Part shown: piece by piece, positions 58,665 through 64,000 of the stretch
Numbering within the stretch: position 1 is the stretch's first letter
Layout: the number at the start of each line of letters is the position of its first letter
Source: Lepidodermella squamata
Taxonomy: Eukaryota > Animalia > Gastrotricha
Direction of reading: 5' to 3'
Length of the DNA: 64,000 nt
Assembly: GCA_047495785.1 (NCBI GenBank)
Contig: JBLDXI010000025.1
Span: forward strand, 558,001-622,000
Position numbers and translations under genes: made by a program
The notes under the pieces: model-generated
Databases searched by the model: none
What the model saw: the letters and a program-made list of their open reading frames with translations, nothing else
What the model was told of the DNA's origin: nothing

Positions 58665-59110
58665 GCTTGAAGTGAGGCTTGAAAGAATGCCAAAGTTTCG
58701 ATTAAACGAAAATGGACGACGGTAAATACCCATCCGAGAGCTGAATGGGTTATTGCCGTGTTTTTCGAAGCTCGGTTAGTTCCAGCCCGGTTATAACCGT
58801 GTTCGATGGAACCCGGTAAAACTTCAAAACCCGGTAATGACCGAATGTGCACGAGGTTTTTTCCCTTTTTGATTAACATGTAAACTGGTTATTACTGGGT
58901 AGCTTATTTGGCATGGTAAACACCGAGTGTTTTTTAACGTGGCACTTATTATTAATCAATGGATAAAATTCTGCGTAATTTTCTGAATATGAGCTTATCG
59001 CAACTTTAAGAGCCCGGCTCATGAATTTTGAAAGTTGTTCGAAAACGAGTTCTGAGCAAGATCACACGGCCGCCGTCGAATTACCCCCATTTGCGTATTT
59101 CCCAGGTCTA

Positions 59111-61424
59111 TATCGTTGGCGGCGCGGCAGAAGGAACCTCTAGGCTTGTTTATATGACGTCAGGCGGTAAAAGTTAATGCAGTCGAAAAAAATTGTCCGA
59201 TCCATATCCAAATGTTCAAGTACTGGCGGTAACTTACCGCCAGTACTTAAAATAAGTTGAATGAAACGACCGTTAACAAGGGAAAAAGGGGGTTTGCGCA
59301 TTTTCTGTAGTGCGTTGTAGTGCTTGTAGTGGGACGATTCCTACATTTTCTTATTTAGATTCTCTCGAAGATTTTGAATTAAAAAGGAAATGAGACCTCT
59401 AGGAGGTTCCCATCCACCTCAAAGACATTAGATCCCAAAGTGTCGCCGAAACGGCTTATTGATTTCGACCTACGTGCAAGCATTACCTTGATTGCATCGA
59501 ATTCTTAGAGCAGCTGCAAAATCTCACGATGTCAAAGATTTCACCAAACCCCACTTTTCACTTGTTGACAGTCGTCAAATGTAATAAATATAGAATTGTC
59601 GCCAAAAATATAGGTCGAGTCGCTATGACAATTCGATATTTTACGGTATAACATTCGTAAATCGTTCATATCTGAACTCGCCGCACTCGATTTACTCTTC
59701 GCAACTCGCCTCCGGCTCGTTCCGACTCGTAAATCTCGGGCGGCTCCGTACAGATATAAACGTTTTACTCATGTCATACCATACAAATATAACACTGTGT
59801 CTATATTTTTAACCTTGAAACACAAATCTATATTTTTTCATACTTCAAATATAGATTTGAATATGAACTATATTTCTGATCTATATCTGAAATATAGATT
59901 CAGGTGCATCTATATTTTTGACATGGAAAATCTATATTTTGAATATAGAACGCCTAATTGAAACAGCTAATTTTAACGGAAAAACAATGGGATATAGTTT
60001 TCGCAACGCTGTTTAATGGGAAAGAAAACGGGAAAATTCAATTTTGAGAATAACTCAGATGGAGGCAGCTTGGCAGGCTTTCATTCGGGCAGCAAAAATC
60101 TGCCGTAGGAACCAGAATTTTTCCGAAAATTCTAGGAAATCGGGCAGCATGTCGTCCCCACTTTGCATGAATTCGTCAGCGTCTCGTGGGTCGGATCGCG
60201 CAGTAGATCCTCGAACATATTCAGTCAGCAGGTCGCCACCAAAGATCAATAGGACGCGCCGGGAACACTGATCAGAAAATCCAGAAAATCGGGCAGCACT
60301 TTGACCCCAATTCGCAGAAATCACCACCTGGAATTGAACCTTGCAGCACTCTGCCAGCGACAGTTCCAATTCGATCGCGTTGAAAACATCGACGTACCAA
60401 CCACCCTTGCGACGCGCTAGTCCGAAACTGAGCCATTTTCAACCACCAGAGATGATATCCGATGGACTGCTGCCGAGCTTCTTTCATCGCAACGTGTTGT
60501 TGAAATCGAACCAGTTTCTTCGGATTGTAAAGGCGCCAAGTCTTCGGGAACAATTTTCGAAAGAAGCAGGTTTCAGGGTTGTTAGGTCACCGGACCATTC
60601 GGCTTCAAACGCGGCAGCTTTGCTAATCGGAGCAGGATTCTGGGAGCAATTGTTCGTGAAATTCGAGCAGAATTCCGGTCGGACAGAAAATCGACGTTCA
60701 AAACAAGACGAAAATCGAACGAATGAGAAAAAATGAGCGAGAATGAATAGAAAGCCATTTTTCGATGAAATTTTAAGATGGATTTTTTATTATTTATTAT
60801 TTTGCGTTGCGAAAAATATAGACACAGTGTAATATTTGTATGGTATGACATGAGTAAAACGTTTATATCTGTACGGAGCCGCCCGAGATTTACGAGTCGG
60901 AACGAGCCGGAGGCGAGTTGCGATGAGTAAATCGAGTGCGGCGAGTTCAGATATGAACGATTTACGAATGTTATACCGTAAAATATCGAATTGTCAAAGC
61001 TACTCGACCTATATTTCTGGGGACAATTCTATATTTTACGATACAACATTCGTAAATCGTTTATATCTGAACTCGCCGCACTCGATTTACTCATCTCAAC
61101 TCGCCTCCGGCTCGTTTCGATTCGTAAATGTCGGTCGGCTCCGTTCAGAAATGAACTCTTTACTCATGCTATACCATACAAATATGCATGTTAATGCATT
61201 CTGTGGCGATAAAAAACCTGCTTGGCCTTAATGCAAGCACACGTATCTTCAACAAGTTGTGATAGTGGAAAACGGAAAGCGTCATGCCGGCGTGTTTAGT
61301 GAAAGTTTTTTGAATAAACAAAATAGAAAAAAGTAGGTCGGACTTAGTGCAACGTCGTTGGCGGTAAAATTGACAATAAAATTAAACAAGCCTATAGGTT
61401 CCTTCTGCCGCGCTGCCAACGATA
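59111..61424. mobile_element. Composite inverted-repeat element: outer 41 bp TIRs enclosing nested palindromic repeats
   Basis: Outer IR 59111-59151 / 61384-61424 (TATCGTTGGCRGCGCGGCAGAAGGAACCTMTAGGCTTGTTT). Inner IR ~59589-59810 / 60812-61033. 60832-61185 is itself a palindrome. Confidence 0.75.
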
Positions 61425-62725
61425 ATTTAACTTTTTGAGCCGCACATCTTGGTCAATTTTCCAGATTTTTATTTTTAGTCTAACTGGTCGAAAACTGGGC
61501 CTAAATGACATCAACAAATATAAATTGCCGAATATTTAGTTGAAAATTTGGAATCAGCGATTTTTTTAACCCTAGAAATGAGATGATTAACACTTCGATT
61601 CAATTTTTTTCATTTTTTCGCTAATTGCCGGCTACGGTTAGCTAATTTAGAGAGCAAGCCGTAACCAGTGTGCAGTGGGTTTTGTTTTTTATTGCGAAAT
61701 CGCAATTTTCATTGGAGCAGCCATTGTGTTGAAAATTTGTCATTTTTTCGAATTTGTGAACGGCGGCGGCCGTATGATTACCGAGTTTTCACGACTTATG
61801 CTCCTCAATTTTTAGAATAGCTGACTATCATGTTAGCCCATTGGTTGAAAATCAGAGGCTAAGCCTGAGCGCCTGCTGGGAGCTTGGAGGACTGAAAAGT
61901 GCGTTCATCCTGCTTTGATGCGATCTGTTGTGTAGGGGACAGCACTAGCTGGGCTGTTTCGACGTAACACTTAGACCTTTTTCTCTTTGTTTACTGCGTC
62001 ATGCGCATTTGAGGCGTAGAACGTAAAAATGTCCTTTATAGTTATAGGGGTAATCAAACGATACGCTTGTTGTCAAAACAGACTGTCATCTGCCGCGTGT
62101 CTGACTTGAATCGACGTTGCTTTCTCTGTGCTGTGAAGTTGCTGCGCAATGGAGTATTCACTCATCAGTGAAATGCCTAATCTTTAGACATATCGATGTC
62201 ACCCTAGGACATATTTTCCTTCCCTATGGATATCACATAATGAAATGTATTACAGAAATAGCGAAATTTGAATCCAACAGCTGGAGAACTCACATGTTGT
62301 CCGTCTCACCTGTACTTCAAACTAAAAGAAGCCGTATTCCAAGCACAAACACGGAATGCATGAGCGACCAGGACAAGATTAGAAGGATAATAATAAGCTC
62401 CTCTGCTCCTGCGCTTTGCTCGAAACTATTTTTCTGATATCGCGGGGTGAGCGACAGGAGTTCTAGTGATCAGGCACGTGACTGACTTGGCCGAGATGCA
62501 AAAAGTTAGTTTCACGCCATTTGTTATTTGTTTGTATTCTAGGCAAGTCGTTCTGTCGCGCACCGATATCTCGGAGGAGTCTCCGAGTAAACCAGTTGCT
62601 GTATAGAAATCTTGCTGCATAGATTTCTTTGGTAATTGGTTTTGCAAAAAAAATTCAGAACATTTTCAATTTATGCTTCATCAATTGAAAGATTGAGTTC
62701 AATTCAAGAGCCTGGATACGTCTGG

Positions 62726-64000
62726 TCATACATTAGATGGCTGGGTGCTCGAACTAGGAATGCCCACGCCAGCAGCAGAGTCTAATTTTTCAACCTTTAC
62801 GGTTAGGGGTAGCAACAAGACGAGGCTCATTATCGCAGAATAGACGAGTTCGATGAAAGCCAGCACTGCGTTTAGCACGCACGGCTTGTTTGACGAAGCG
62901 ACCAAAACGAGCATAATCACCCCGGCAGCTAGCATCGTTAGCGCATTCACAGCAGCTGCTCTGATTAGCTTGCAGCTCAGAGCAAATTCATTAGGCATAA
63001 TACGGCGTCGGAGATCAACTGAGAACAAATTTGCCAGTGAAATCAGCCCGAAATTGTACGCAAGAACGGCGCCTAGCCAGTAGGTCAGATTCCCAGAGCT
63101 GCAAGACATCACATCCAGCTCGAAATAAGTATCAGCCACCTCGTCGAAAGCAACAGGATTTTTGAATAGAGCAAGCTGCATTGGTTCTTTGATGATCCAA
63201 AGAAGCAGGCCGATGATATTGACACCTAGAGCTACACTCATAGATTGAGACATTTGCAGCTCGTTTCGATACCTATCACTGTGGAGGGTTGAAACTCGAT
63301 TTTGAATGACAATCCCATGCGTTTCATATGACTGTGAACTCGGTCGAACCCGGAAAGATCGCTTCCACCTTGCCAGATGGTTGATGTAACGAATAGCTCT
63401 GTTATTCACTCGATAAGTTCTCACGCGGACGAACTTGCTGTAGACAAAGATTTGACTGAAAAGCAGGCTGTGAAACATGCTCAAGCTTATCGATATCAAA
63501 ACTATTCTCCATCTGCATTCTGTTTCTGGGAAGTAATCATGGCCAAAGATTAGGAAAATCGCAGATCCATTCAAGCCTAAACAGGCGAAGAAGACAAAGT
63601 ATTTCTTCCAATTCGTGTAAAACGTCTCCGGTTTCGCTCGGGCTGTTGCCGTGAGCAGAAGGACTTGCATCATCGTCACGGACACAGCAAAACAGGCGAC
63701 AATTCCACTCATTATTCTGCCGCAGTAACCTATCCTTAGTTCAATGTTAGAAAGGTCTCTTGGAGGAAGTCCTGTTTTTGTAGCCCATATTGGTTCAGCA
63801 TCCAGTTGGTATGAAAACGACCGCTTCTCGTGGTTGTACGGCAGATGCGCCACGCGACGAGCTTGAAACTTGTACGCTTGCATGATCGTTAGGTCTTGAT
63901 ACATGTCCCCATTTTCATCTCGCTTGATTCTAGGATTTCGAAATCCAACTGCATCAAGCTCTGCCGTGGTACGATTAGCAACGCTGTATATCAGATCCCT
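62726..64000 (-). CDS. Class C GPCR, GABA-B-like, copy 6 (3' part; 5' end outside window)
   Basis: Open frame with a 7TM region very similar to copy 5 (GHDYFP.TECRWRIVLIS, WIIKEPMQL, MPNEFALSCKLIRAAAVNALTMLAA). Confidence 0.88.
   Translation of the reverse strand, partial: RDLIYSVANRTTAELDAVGFRNPRIKRDENGDMYQDLTIMQAYKFQARRVAHLPYNHEKRSFSYQLDAEPIWATKTGLPPRDLSNIELRIGYCGRIMSGIVACFAVSVTMMQVLLLTATARAKPETFYTNWKKYFVFFACLGLNGSAIFLIFGHDYFPETECRWRIVLISISLSMFHSLLFSQIFVYSKFVRVRTYRVNNRAIRYINHLARWKRSFRVRPSSQSYETHGIVIQNRVSTLHSDRYRNELQMSQSMSVALGVNIIGLLLWIIKEPMQLALFKNPVAFDEVADTYFELDVMSCSSGNLTYWLGAVLAYNFGLISLANLFSVDLRRRIMPNEFALSCKLIRAAAVNALTMLAAGVIMLVLVASSNKPCVLNAVLAFIELVYSAIMSLVLLLPLTVKVEKLDSAAGVGIPSSSTQPSNV

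Noticed and set aside
60044-60736. ORFs in the core of the inverted-repeat element as a transposase or tyrosine recombinase
   Set aside because: Fragmented, with no convincing DDE or RHRY motifs.

Overview
This is eukaryotic (invertebrate animal) genomic DNA, not prokaryotic. Genes are spliced with GT-AG introns, mostly 50-61 nt, and I rebuilt the models by hand with phase-consistent junctions. Genes in order: (1) the 3' end of a GPI-anchored stereocilin/otoancorin/mesothelin-like gene; (2) tRNA-Leu(AAG); (3) an intronless orphan Cys-loop channel, followed by two intronless secreted three-finger (Ly6/quiver-like) paralogs; (4) two tandem genes with signal peptide + 2 sushi/CCP + 3 ankyrin repeats; (5) an RTE-clade LINE with an intact ORF; (6) a 6-exon CxxC/zinc-finger gene, with Helitron and Copia relics in one intron; (7) a 9-exon type I membrane protein (LamG + 3 L-type lectin + mucin stalk + SEA + TM); (8) a TASK-type K2P channel; (9) a cluster of at least six GABA-B-like class C GPCR genes. 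The GPCR cluster includes a near-identical 1.2 kb tract shared by two copies and one frameshifted copy. It is interspersed with a young non-autonomous LTR element, a hAT MITE and several foldback/MITE palindromes. The best candidates for undescribed biology are the secreted sushi-ankyrin proteins, the multi-lectin SEA receptor, the class C GPCR array with ligand-domain homogenisation, and the orphan channel/three-finger pairing. All family calls come from motif recognition by eye; no searches were run.
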